Assembly: GCF_001458695.1 (NCBI RefSeq)
Contig: NZ_LN885086.1
Location: forward strand, 2,820,001 to 2,852,000
Direction: 5' to 3'
From: Candidatus Nitrospira inopinata
GTDB lineage: Bacteria; Nitrospirota; Nitrospiria; Nitrospirales; Nitrospiraceae
DNA length: 32,000 bases
This document shows, one piece after another, positions 7,847 through 16,363 of the stretch. The notes under the pieces were generated by a model. The model saw nothing but the letters and a program-made list of their open reading frames with translations. It did not search any database and was not told the DNA's origin. The first letter of the stretch is position 1. Each line of letters opens with the position of its first letter. The position numbers were made by a program, and so were the translations under genes.

Positions 7847-10126
7847 ATGATCGATGGGACGGACGAACCGACCGGCTTCATCAGCCGCCGTGATCTGCTC
7901 AAGCTGGCGGGAACGTCGGCCTGTGCAGCCTGCCTCCTTCCCCTGACCGGTTGTGAAAACCTCTGGAAACGACAGCCGGCCATCACCGTCAATCGATGGG
8001 AGAAAGGCGTTTGTCGGTTTTGTGGAACAGGCTGCGGCGTCATGATCGGACTGAAAGGCGACAAGGTCGTCGATGTCACGGGAGACGAGGAAGCCCATAA
8101 CCGTGGACGATTATGCATTAAAGGGCTTGCGACTCGCGACATTCTTTACTCTCCCGGCCGCCTCCTCCATCCGATGATCCGAAAAAACGGCGAACTTGAG
8201 CGAGCCACGTGGAATGAGGCGATGGACCTCGTCGCTCAACGATTCAAGGACGCCATCGAAACCTTTGGACCGGACAGTGTGGCCTTCTACGGCAGCGGAC
8301 AACTGCTGACGGAAGAAAGTTACACGGCGAACAAACTGTTTAAAGCTGGGATCGGCACCAACAACGTGGACGGCAACCCACGGCTGTGCATGGCGTCCGC
8401 GGTCACCGGCTACACCTCGACATTTGGAAAAGACGAGCCGCCCGGTTGCTATGAAGATATCGACCATGCCGACTGTTTTTTCATCACCGGCTCCAATGCC
8501 CTGGAATGTCATCCGATCATTTGGGAACGGATTCAAGACCGCAAGCGGAGCCGACCCGGTACGACGATCATCATCGTCGACCCGCGCAGAACCTTCACGG
8601 CACAGCACGCGGATCTTCACCTTCAAATCGTTCCCGGCACGGACGTCGCCCTGTATAACGCCATGATGCACGTGTTCGTGGAACGGAACTTCGTCGACCG
8701 TGACATGGTTGAGCAGTACCTCTCTTTTCAAGAAGGCGACCGGCCCAGCTCATTCACCGACTTCAAAACCCATCTTGCGCGGTACAGCCCGGAACGGGTT
8801 GCGGACATCTGCGGGGTCAGCGCGACGGCCATTCGAGAAGCGGCGTTTCTGTTTGCGTCGTCCAAAGCCACCATGTCTCTTTGGACTATGGGATTGAACC
8901 AACAGGTCCAGGGCACCGCCTCCAACCGACTGGTCTGCGCCATGCATCTGTTGACCGGTCATTTCGGTCGGCCCGGCGCCACTCCCTTTTCGCTCACGGG
9001 ACAGCCGAACGCGTGCGGAGGCGTCCGCGACACCGGCAGCCTCGCTCACGCATTGCCCAACGGACGAGTCGTCACCAATCCGGCGCATCGGCAAGAAATG
9101 GAAGATCTGTGGAATGTGCCGCGTGGACGACTCAGCACCAAGCCAGGCCTCCATGCTGTAGCACTCTTTGATGCCATGGCTCGTGGATCAGTGAAATGTT
9201 GCCTGATCATGTGCACGAATCCAGGACAGACGCTTCCTGATATCAACGCCTATCGCCGCGGCATGGAAAACGTTTTCTTGGTCGTCGTTGATGCCTTTCA
9301 TCCCACCGAAACGACCATATTCGCCGACGTGGTTCTTCCCGCCGCTCTCTGGGTGGAAAAGGAAGGGGTCAAAGGCAATGGAGAACGACGGTATCATCTC
9401 TCGCCCAAGCTGGTTGATCCGCCGGGTGAGGCCAAAAGTGATTTAGAGATTCTGGTCGAGTTAGCGGACCGCCTCGGCTATGGTCAACTCATCACGGCCA
9501 GGACACCCAAAGACGTGTGGGACGAATGGCGCAAGATTTCGGCACACTCCGAGTATAACTTCGAGGGTATCACGTATGAACGGCTCAAGCAGGAACGGGG
9601 TCTCTTGTGGCCCTGTCCCTCCGAGACCCATCCTGGCACCAAACGGCGATACGTGCCGGGAGAAGATCCCATCGCCACAGGAAGCGGGCGGTTCGACTTT
9701 TATGGCAAACCGGACAGGCGGGCCATCATCTGGCTGGACCATCAAGAAGGTCTCCCTGACCCTTGTACACCGGAGTTTCCCTTGCTCTTCAACACAGGTC
9801 GGATTCTGGAACATTGGCATACGATGACCATCACCGGCCGAGTCCCTACTCTTCAATTCATTCACCCCGACTATCTTGAGATCCACCCCTACGATGCCCA
9901 TGCCTTGACTATCAGGGACGGCGAGCCGGTCATCGTGACAAGCCGCCGCGGAGAGATCGAGCTCCGTGCTCGTGTGACGGATGCCGTCCGTCCCGGGACG
10001 GTGTTTGCCACCATGCATTCGGCAAGGCATCTCATCAATCAGGTTACCCAGGCGGCGCACGACCCCTTCTCGAAGCAGCCGGCCTACAAACGGTGCGCCG
10101 TCTCGGTCAGGCGGAAGCCGGTGTAA
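7847..10126 (+). CDS. Tat-exported molybdopterin (Mo-bisPGD) nitrate reductase catalytic subunit, NapA/NasA-like, with lipobox
   Basis: Twin-arginine motif ISRRDLLKLAG. 4Fe-4S motif CRFCGTGCGV...CIKG. Mo-ligand context NPRLCMASAVTGY as in NapA (NARHCMASAV). Also FSLTGQPNACGG, LPAALWVEKEG and NTGRILEHWHT blocks. ATG 7847 with GGAG 12 nt upstream. Confidence 0.85.
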   Translation: MIDGTDEPTGFISRRDLLKLAGTSACAACLLPLTGCENLWKRQPAITVNRWEKGVCRFCGTGCGVMIGLKGDKVVDVTGDEEAHNRGRLCIKGLATRDILYSPGRLLHPMIRKNGELERATWNEAMDLVAQRFKDAIETFGPDSVAFYGSGQLLTEESYTANKLFKAGIGTNNVDGNPRLCMASAVTGYTSTFGKDEPPGCYEDIDHADCFFITGSNALECHPIIWERIQDRKRSRPGTTIIIVDPRRTFTAQHADLHLQIVPGTDVALYNAMMHVFVERNFVDRDMVEQYLSFQEGDRPSSFTDFKTHLARYSPERVADICGVSATAIREAAFLFASSKATMSLWTMGLNQQVQGTASNRLVCAMHLLTGHFGRPGATPFSLTGQPNACGGVRDTGSLAHALPNGRVVTNPAHRQEMEDLWNVPRGRLSTKPGLHAVALFDAMARGSVKCCLIMCTNPGQTLPDINAYRRGMENVFLVVVDAFHPTETTIFADVVLPAALWVEKEGVKGNGERRYHLSPKLVDPPGEAKSDLEILVELADRLGYGQLITARTPKDVWDEWRKISAHSEYNFEGITYERLKQERGLLWPCPSETHPGTKRRYVPGEDPIATGSGRFDFYGKPDRRAIIWLDHQEGLPDPCTPEFPLLFNTGRILEHWHTMTITGRVPTLQFIHPDYLEIHPYDAHALTIRDGEPVIVTSRRGEIELRARVTDAVRPGTVFATMHSARHLINQVTQAAHDPFSKQPAYKRCAVSVRRKPV

Positions 10127-10139
10127 TGGGAGCACGCTC

Positions 10140-10853
10140 ATGCTGTGGCTTCTTCTTGTTCCATGGACGATCCTGATCGAGGTCGGCTTTTTTGCCTACT
10201 CAGCCGAAGCCGCGGGAATGGGCGACAGAGTCACGAGCGTGGAGGTCTTTCGCGCCATCGGCATCGCGGCGGCGCTGGTTGGTATCGCCCTGCTGTTCCT
10301 CGTTCAGTACGTCTATCGCTCACGGCTCAGCCACGGCATGTACCATCGTCTTCTCTTGATCGGTGTCTTCCTTCTCCCGCTCGCGACGACCTGGAGCACG
10401 TCGGCTACGGTGATGGAAGGGACCAAGTCTGTGGAAGCCTGCCGGTCTTGCCACGTCATGCACCCCTTCGTCGATGACATGACCAATCCATCCAGCCCCA
10501 CGCTGGCTGCTCGCCATTACCGAAACAACTGGATCGCGAAGGATCAGTGTTATGCCTGCCACGTGACGTACGGGATTACCGGCACCCTGGAGGGGAAGCG
10601 GGATGGATTTCGGCACTGGATTCACTACATCACTGGCACCTATCCAGACCCAATCCGATACGTCGGAAGCTATGACAATGCCAATTGCCTTGCCTGTCAC
10701 CAACAAACAGAGAAATGGAGCCGGGTGAGCAGTCACCGCGGGCTGCTGGGCGAATTCGCGACCAACCGTATCGCCTGCATCACGTGCCATGGACCGCCCC
10801 ATCCACTTCCCAAGGAACGGATGGCGGCGGCAGTCATGGAGCAAACGAACTGA
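10140..10853 (+). CDS. NapC/NirT/NrfH-family tetrahaem cytochrome c with three predicted N-terminal TM helices
   Basis: Four CxxCH motifs (CRSCH, CYACH, CLACH, CITCH). The N-terminal ~100 aa carry three hydrophobic helices. ATG lies 14 nt after the upstream stop. Confidence 0.8.
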   Translation: MLWLLLVPWTILIEVGFFAYSAEAAGMGDRVTSVEVFRAIGIAAALVGIALLFLVQYVYRSRLSHGMYHRLLLIGVFLLPLATTWSTSATVMEGTKSVEACRSCHVMHPFVDDMTNPSSPTLAARHYRNNWIAKDQCYACHVTYGITGTLEGKRDGFRHWIHYITGTYPDPIRYVGSYDNANCLACHQQTEKWSRVSSHRGLLGEFATNRIACITCHGPPHPLPKERMAAAVMEQTN

Positions 10854-10864
10854 CGGAGGATTGC

Positions 10865-11122
10865 ATGGGCGAGAAAAAAGACGACCCCTCCGAGCACCAA
10901 CAGGAACCACGACCAGCCTCCGCCTGGGTGACCAGGCAACTGACGCTGGCCGTGGACTGCGCCATTGCCGGGCTCGTGTGCGTATTACTCTTTCTCTGGC
11001 ACGGCTTCGGAGCCTGGACCATGGGCTTGGGCACCTTCGTGGGCATTCCCCTCTTGCTCATCGCCATGGCCCTGTATATCAGCGCCGTCGTCACCGATCT
11101 TAAAACCCGCGGCGCTTTGTAA
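10865..11122 (+). CDS. small membrane protein (85 aa, two predicted TM helices)
   Basis: ATG 10865 preceded by GGAGGA. Two hydrophobic segments: LTLAVDCAIAGLVCVLLFLW and FVGIPLLLIAMALYISAVV. Last gene of the operon. Confidence 0.55.
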   Translation: MGEKKDDPSEHQQEPRPASAWVTRQLTLAVDCAIAGLVCVLLFLWHGFGAWTMGLGTFVGIPLLLIAMALYISAVVTDLKTRGAL

Positions 11123-11197
11123 AAGCAGGCCCTGTTCCCTGCCAATCATTTTCGCGAACGGGAAGAACTCCTTGCCAGCCACCGTGGTCGAGGAGGA

Positions 11198-11632
11198 TCA
11201 ATCTTGTCCGATCTTGGGCTCCGAGTAGGTCTCCTCGGACGCCTTTCGTGCTTGCGCTGCACGCTTATAGTGCAGGAGGAGATCTCGCACCGAGACGATG
11301 CCCACGATGTCGCCGTTCTTCGTGATCCCCAAATGGCGGACGCCCAGTTCGGCCATCATCTCCTGAGCGTCATCAACGGACTGAGTGCCTTCGATCGTGC
11401 AGATGGGAGTCGTCATGATCTTCTCGACCGTCAGTTTCCCCAACGGCTTCCCGCTTGCGACGGCGCGGCGAACGATGTCCGTATCCGTCACGATCCCCGT
11501 CAACTGCTTCCCCTTCTTGACAAGCAGCGAGCTGACGCGGGCCTGTTTCATCAACTTGGCCGCGCTCGCAATGGACGTTTTGGGGCCGATCGATTTCGGC
11601 CGTTTGACCATGATCTGACTCACCGTGGGCAT
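11198..11632 (-). CDS. CBS domain pair protein
   Basis: Two CBS repeats (VSQIMVKRPKSIGPKTSIASAAKLM..., VEKIMTTPICTIEGTQSVDDAQEMMAELGVRHL). ATG 11632 preceded by AAGGAGGAA. Confidence 0.8.
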   Translation of the reverse strand: MPTVSQIMVKRPKSIGPKTSIASAAKLMKQARVSSLLVKKGKQLTGIVTDTDIVRRAVASGKPLGKLTVEKIMTTPICTIEGTQSVDDAQEMMAELGVRHLGITKNGDIVGIVSVRDLLLHYKRAAQARKASEETYSEPKIGQD

Positions 11633-11742
11633 AGGTTCCTCCTTCTTGATTAGGTGATGCATCAACTGCAAGACAAGGCCTGTCTCATCTCATTGTCCCG
11701 CTTTAATAAAAAATACATGCTCACGCAGTCCCCATCGAACCA

Positions 11743-12771
11743 TCAGCAAACCAAGACGATTTTTCCGAAAAACTTCCGGCTCAACATCAGCTCTTGCGCG
11801 GCCCGGGCTTCCGCCAGCGGGAATGTCCGATCGATCACGGGCTTGAGCCGTCTCTGTCCCATAAGCTCCGCCGCCTTGACCAGCTCCGCGCGTGTCCCCA
11901 TGTAAGAGCCCTTGATCGTCAACTGGCGAGAGAAGACGTAGCGGAGATCCAGCTTGACCTCCGCGCCGGTGGTGGCGCCACAGGTGATCAACCGGCCGCC
12001 TTTCGACAGCGCTTGGAGAGAGAGGTCCCAGACATCGGGTCCGATGTGTTCGACGACGACGTCGACGCCCTTGCCTTCGGTCAACAGTCTGACACGTTCG
12101 GCCACATGTTCTTTGGCATGATTGATCACGGCGTCGGCGCCCAACAGCACGGCCTTAGGGATTTTGTCGTCGCTTCCAACCGTGGTAATCACTCGGGCTC
12201 CGGCCAGCTTGGCCATCTGAACCGCCATGCTCCCCACGCCGCTCCCCGCCCCCATGACCAGCACCGTCTCGCCGTGCTGCAGGCCGGCCAGAGCGAACAA
12301 CATATGCGACGCGGTGACCGAGACGAGCGGAAACGAGGCTGCCTGTTCAAAGGTTAAATTGTCCGGCATCGGCAACACGTTTCGAAACGGCACGCTCACG
12401 TATTCGGCGTATCCGCCGTCTCGAATGGCGCCGATGATGGAATAGGTACGGCAAAAATTGTCCTGTCCGGCCAGACAGTATTCACAGCGCCAACAACTCA
12501 AACCCGGCGAGACAAGGACCCGCTCGCCCGCCTTCACGCCGTCCACTTGACTGCCGACCTCCTCGACGACTCCGGCAATGTCGGATCCTGAAATGTGCGG
12601 CAGAGGCATGGGATAGGCCGGGTTTCCCTGCCTGATCCAAATATCGAGATGATTGAGGGCGCAGGCCTTGACCTTGATCAACACGTCCTCTTGCGCCACC
12701 ACAGGCATCGGAACCTCTTCGTACAGCAGCTTGTCCGGCCCTCCATGCTCTCGAAAGAGAACGGCTTTCAT
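11743..12771 (-). CDS. zinc-type alcohol dehydrogenase / quinone oxidoreductase (MDR superfamily)
   Basis: 342 aa. Has GSDIAGVVEEVG, a structural-Zn Cys cluster (CWRCEYCLAGQDNFC) and Rossmann motif VLVMGAGSGVGSMAVQ. Confidence 0.85.
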   Translation of the reverse strand: MKAVLFREHGGPDKLLYEEVPMPVVAQEDVLIKVKACALNHLDIWIRQGNPAYPMPLPHISGSDIAGVVEEVGSQVDGVKAGERVLVSPGLSCWRCEYCLAGQDNFCRTYSIIGAIRDGGYAEYVSVPFRNVLPMPDNLTFEQAASFPLVSVTASHMLFALAGLQHGETVLVMGAGSGVGSMAVQMAKLAGARVITTVGSDDKIPKAVLLGADAVINHAKEHVAERVRLLTEGKGVDVVVEHIGPDVWDLSLQALSKGGRLITCGATTGAEVKLDLRYVFSRQLTIKGSYMGTRAELVKAAELMGQRRLKPVIDRTFPLAEARAAQELMLSRKFFGKIVLVC

Positions 12772-12906
12772 GGATTGTTTTTGCCTCCCCTCAGCGCACT
12801 CGATTTTTCTTGCGCGTCAGATTTTTGATTGCGCCTTCCCCGCCAAGTGAGAACAGTTAGAAAGCGACGTGTTCTTGCGCCGCCTGTATCGCTGCGCGAG
12901 CCCCTC

Positions 12907-13848
12907 TCAAAACCTCAACACCCCCTCCGCGACCATGACGCATTCCCCTCCCACTTTGACCGATTGAACAATGTCGTCGTCGGACTCCACTTTCACCATA
13001 ATGTGCGAAGGGCGCTCGATCTCATACCCCTGTTCGACAAGAATATCCGTCGTCGGCGCCACATCAACGACGCCATGCTGGACCAGGTACGCTCCCAATG
13101 CCCCCGCAGCGCTCCCGGTGGCGGGATCTTCGGAAATGCCGATCGAGGGCGCAAACATTCTTGCATGCGCCGTTGCAAACTGTTGAACGGTCACGGTGGT
13201 GAACACCATGACGCCGTTGGCGCCAAAACGCTCGCACAGCTCCGCGACCGCCTTGTCGTTCGCCGTGATGGACCTGACGGCGGTTAAGGTTCTAACCGGG
13301 ACAATCAACACAGGCAATCCGGTTGAGACAATTTCCACCGGCCATTTCGTCTCGACGATGACGGACTTTGACAGCCCCAACGCTCCCGCTACCTGATACA
13401 GATCTTCCATACCATCAATCAGGCTGACGAACTGCGGCCTCGGTTGCGTCATGACCACCTGACGCACGTGCCCGCCCCGAGCGTGTAATTCGACGGGGAA
13501 CAGACCGATATTACACTCATAGACCAAACCCGTCACCGCCTCTTTGATCGAAAGGGACTTCGTTTGAGCGAGCACGTACATGGCTCCGACAACCGGATGG
13601 CCGGCAAAAGGAATCTCCTTGGTGGGCGTGAAGATCCGAAGCTTCACGACCGCTCCGGCATCGCTGGGAGAAAACACGAAGACCGTTTCCGAGAGATTCA
13701 TCTCCCTGGCAATTTTTTGCAACTCGTCGTCGGTGAGTCCGTCGGCATCAGGAAAAACGGCAACCGGATTGCCGCCAAATGGATGGGAGGTAAAGACGTC
13801 CGCTTGATAGAACTTCAGCGCTCGTTTGTCGGCCACACTCGACTCCAT
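12907..13848 (-). CDS. PhzF-family isomerase
   Basis: FYQADVFTSHPFGGNPVAVF ... LSETVFV ... FAGHPVVG ... EDPATGSAAGALGAY are the hallmark PhzF blocks. Confidence 0.85.
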   Translation of the reverse strand: MESSVADKRALKFYQADVFTSHPFGGNPVAVFPDADGLTDDELQKIAREMNLSETVFVFSPSDAGAVVKLRIFTPTKEIPFAGHPVVGAMYVLAQTKSLSIKEAVTGLVYECNIGLFPVELHARGGHVRQVVMTQPRPQFVSLIDGMEDLYQVAGALGLSKSVIVETKWPVEIVSTGLPVLIVPVRTLTAVRSITANDKAVAELCERFGANGVMVFTTVTVQQFATAHARMFAPSIGISEDPATGSAAGALGAYLVQHGVVDVAPTTDILVEQGYEIERPSHIMVKVESDDDIVQSVKVGGECVMVAEGVLRF

Positions 13849-14194
13849 GAAACAGAATGGATCATCGATCTCGCGTTCAGTGTCACCAGTGTCATGCGAT
13901 CATGTCACGAGACGCCGCCTTCGACACCCATGTCACACTCCCCTCATTCGTTCACGATCAATGCCGCGCTTCACGCGATCACGCGGCAACCTGAGGCGGT
14001 CTGAAATGATGCGCAGTCCTCCACGAAAGAAGCCGTATTCTAGAGACCGGAAGAGTGCCATGCAAGGGCGCGAGAGGCGGAACGGCCCCTCCCCTGTGTT
14101 CGGCTGTTGCTTTTTCGCAAGCCGTGGCATACAACCTCCATGAGCCTAGATGGCCCGCAAGGACCGCGCAAAAAATCACCAAGGACGGTGTCCC

Positions 14195-14989
14195 ATGACA
14201 TACCCGAAGAAATCGACGGCGTGCGGTCTGTGCGGCGCCGCGCTCGCGCTCCTCATGGTCGGATGTTCGTCGAGTGGTCGAGAAACGAACGTCGTGAAGA
14301 CGTCCCTGCCTCCTCGACCGCCGGCCGTGGCTCCATTGGAGTTCATTCATGCGACTCCGGGAGACCGATTGACGCCAAAAGCCGATCGCGACGGCGCGCC
14401 TGACGCCATGGTCCGACTGAGCGCGATCGATGATATTCCGGTTGACGCGCCGGCGGTCAAAGCGGCGGAGCAAGCGGCTCCCGTGCGGGAGAAACTGGGC
14501 GCCCGCTATTTTTTCATCGACGCCGAGCCCATCAAACGTCACGACCCCTTCTGTCATAAGTCGAAATCCTCGACTCCGCAGGGAGAACCACCGACGCCTC
14601 AGCCGACGACACGCATCACCTACTTCAGCTACAGCCGTAATGCGCCGGTGATCGTCTGCATGCGCGGAGAAGAGTTCGTCTCGCTGCCGCCGGTTCCGGA
14701 AGGTTATCAGCCGCCGGAAAGTTCCGGCGAAATCGAAGAAGCCACCCGCCTTGCGCGCCAGGACGAAAGAATCCGGGACAAGGTGCGGGACCTTGAGGCC
14801 CACGCCATCCTGGCCGACCCGGAATGGAGGTTCTGGTGGTGGAACGCCGAGGGCTATGGGCATCGCGTCTTCTACGTCACGTTTTCAGAAGGTCGTTCCG
14901 GAGACCCGCAATATTACGCCGTTGTGGATCTCACGGAAGAAAACGACAAGGACAAGGTTCGTCAAGCGGGAGAGGAACCAAGTCGCTGA
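14195..14989 (+). CDS. lipoprotein resembling the N-terminal (N2/N3) domains of copper amine oxidases
   Basis: Lipobox LLMVGC. The C-terminal half (ITYFSY...EGYQPPESSGEIEEATRLARQDERIRDKV...HRVFYVTFSEGRSGDPQYYAVVDL) aligns by eye with CuAO N2/N3 domains. Confidence 0.5.
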   Translation: MTYPKKSTACGLCGAALALLMVGCSSSGRETNVVKTSLPPRPPAVAPLEFIHATPGDRLTPKADRDGAPDAMVRLSAIDDIPVDAPAVKAAEQAAPVREKLGARYFFIDAEPIKRHDPFCHKSKSSTPQGEPPTPQPTTRITYFSYSRNAPVIVCMRGEEFVSLPPVPEGYQPPESSGEIEEATRLARQDERIRDKVRDLEAHAILADPEWRFWWWNAEGYGHRVFYVTFSEGRSGDPQYYAVVDLTEENDKDKVRQAGEEPSR

Positions 14990-15017
14990 AGCAAGTCGCC
15001 TGAGAAGGAGGTGCGGG

Positions 15018-15992
15018 ATGTACAGAATGCTGCTGGCATGGTCATTGGTCACGTGTTGTTTTCTTCCCGCACCGGCGTTCGCCGAGCCTCGATCAGGAAC
15101 GGTCAGTTGGGATAAATGGGATTTCGAGTGGGCGGTGTACGACAATCAAAGCCTTATTTTGACCGACGTCAGCTATGACGGCGAACCGGTCCTGGCGAAG
15201 GCCAGCTTGCCCGTCATCAGGGTGAAATACGAACGCGAATGGCCCTGGTATCATCCCTATAGCTGGTTCGGCATGGGACGATCGACGGGGCGCTGCGGAC
15301 CGTTCCAAGACCGAATCACCTGGAAGCATTTGGAGACCGTACCGGCCTGCCATTCAAAAGTCTGTATCCGTCCGTACAACATCGGCGGCGTGAAGTGGTT
15401 GGAGATCGGTGTGTACGCGCGCATCGGCGAGTACCATCTCTATCATGCCTGGTACCTCAATGAGTTGGGAGAAATCCGTCCCGTACTCCAGAGCCGGGGG
15501 CTTTCGTGCAGAACGACGCACATGCATCATCCCTACTGGAGGTTCGATTTCGGGGCGGCCGGAGCCGACGGCGAGCAGGTCTTTGAATACACCGACAGCG
15601 CGCCGGACGAAGGATGGGGTGCGGGATGGCGTAAGTACACCAAAGAAGTGAATGCCCTCAAAAATCCTTCCAAGCATCGCGTCTGGTTCATACGCGACAG
15701 CCGAAGCTCACGTGGAGTCTGGGTCATACCGGGAGGCGGATATCCCCCCTTGACCGGAGACGGAGTTCCGCAATCCTGCTTCTCGAATTTTGACGTGGGG
15801 GTGCGGCTTTTTCACGAAGAAGAGGACAGCGGTTGGATTTTCGGCGCGCGCGGCGACCTAGGGTATTTGAACGGCGAAGGCATCCAGGAGCAGGACGTGG
15901 TGTTCTGGTACGTGGCTCACCTCCCCCATGAAGCGGCGCTGGGTCCCGCCCTCTGGTTGGCCATCGGTCCGACACTCAAAGTGCATCGCTGA
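15018..15992 (+). CDS. secreted copper-amine-oxidase-like catalytic-domain protein (short, divergent)
   Basis: Sec signal MYRMLLAWSLVTCCFLPAPAFA. VSWDKWDFEWAVYDNQSLILTDVSYDGEPVLAKASL matches the start of the CuAO catalytic domain. HMHHPYWRFDFGAAGADG matches the HxH...RLD.D.DG copper site. VVFWYVAHLPH matches the third-His block. GAAGGAGG RBS. Confidence 0.6.
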   Translation: MYRMLLAWSLVTCCFLPAPAFAEPRSGTVSWDKWDFEWAVYDNQSLILTDVSYDGEPVLAKASLPVIRVKYEREWPWYHPYSWFGMGRSTGRCGPFQDRITWKHLETVPACHSKVCIRPYNIGGVKWLEIGVYARIGEYHLYHAWYLNELGEIRPVLQSRGLSCRTTHMHHPYWRFDFGAAGADGEQVFEYTDSAPDEGWGAGWRKYTKEVNALKNPSKHRVWFIRDSRSSRGVWVIPGGGYPPLTGDGVPQSCFSNFDVGVRLFHEEEDSGWIFGARGDLGYLNGEGIQEQDVVFWYVAHLPHEAALGPALWLAIGPTLKVHR

Positions 15993-16363
15993 AGGATACG
16001 AAACGGGACATGACCGCCCTCTTGATGGAACCTCATGGAGGAGAAAATCCTCTCTATCTCCTCTTACTCATTCATTAGTCTGGAAAACGCGTCATGAACC
16101 GTCCGCTTTGGGCTGAGTCTCGCGGGTTCCCATCTCGATTTTCAAAGAGAAAATATCTGCCGGACGGAGCAGGCTGTGTTTTTCTTCCTCACCACTGATC
16201 ATTAAGACTCATTAGTTACTATCACTCCCGGATTATCATCGTTGAATGAACGGCCTTCACCATACCCCTACAAAAGGGTCATGGTTTTTCCGTTGCGGCA
16301 TGGAATAAGAATCTCCCTGTGTTTTCTCACAAGATCGATTGTCATTGCTGAAAGGAGTGAGTG

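Noticed and set aside
9981-10139. Long version of the cytochrome ORF overlapping the 3' end of the molybdoenzyme gene.
   Set aside because: The overlap region translates to Arg/Ser/Pro-rich junk. ATG 10140 gives a hydrophobic N-terminus directly after the upstream stop.
13979-14863. 294-aa minus-strand ORF opposite the lipoprotein gene. Similar long antisense ORFs occur at 8111..8731, 9461..10141, 10320..10910, 27555..28145, 28947..29645 and 22765..23199.
   Set aside because: These are Arg/Gly/Pro-rich, low-complexity translations lying antisense to genes with clear family motifs. Such stop-free antisense frames are typical of GC-rich DNA. They have no RBS and no recognisable domains.
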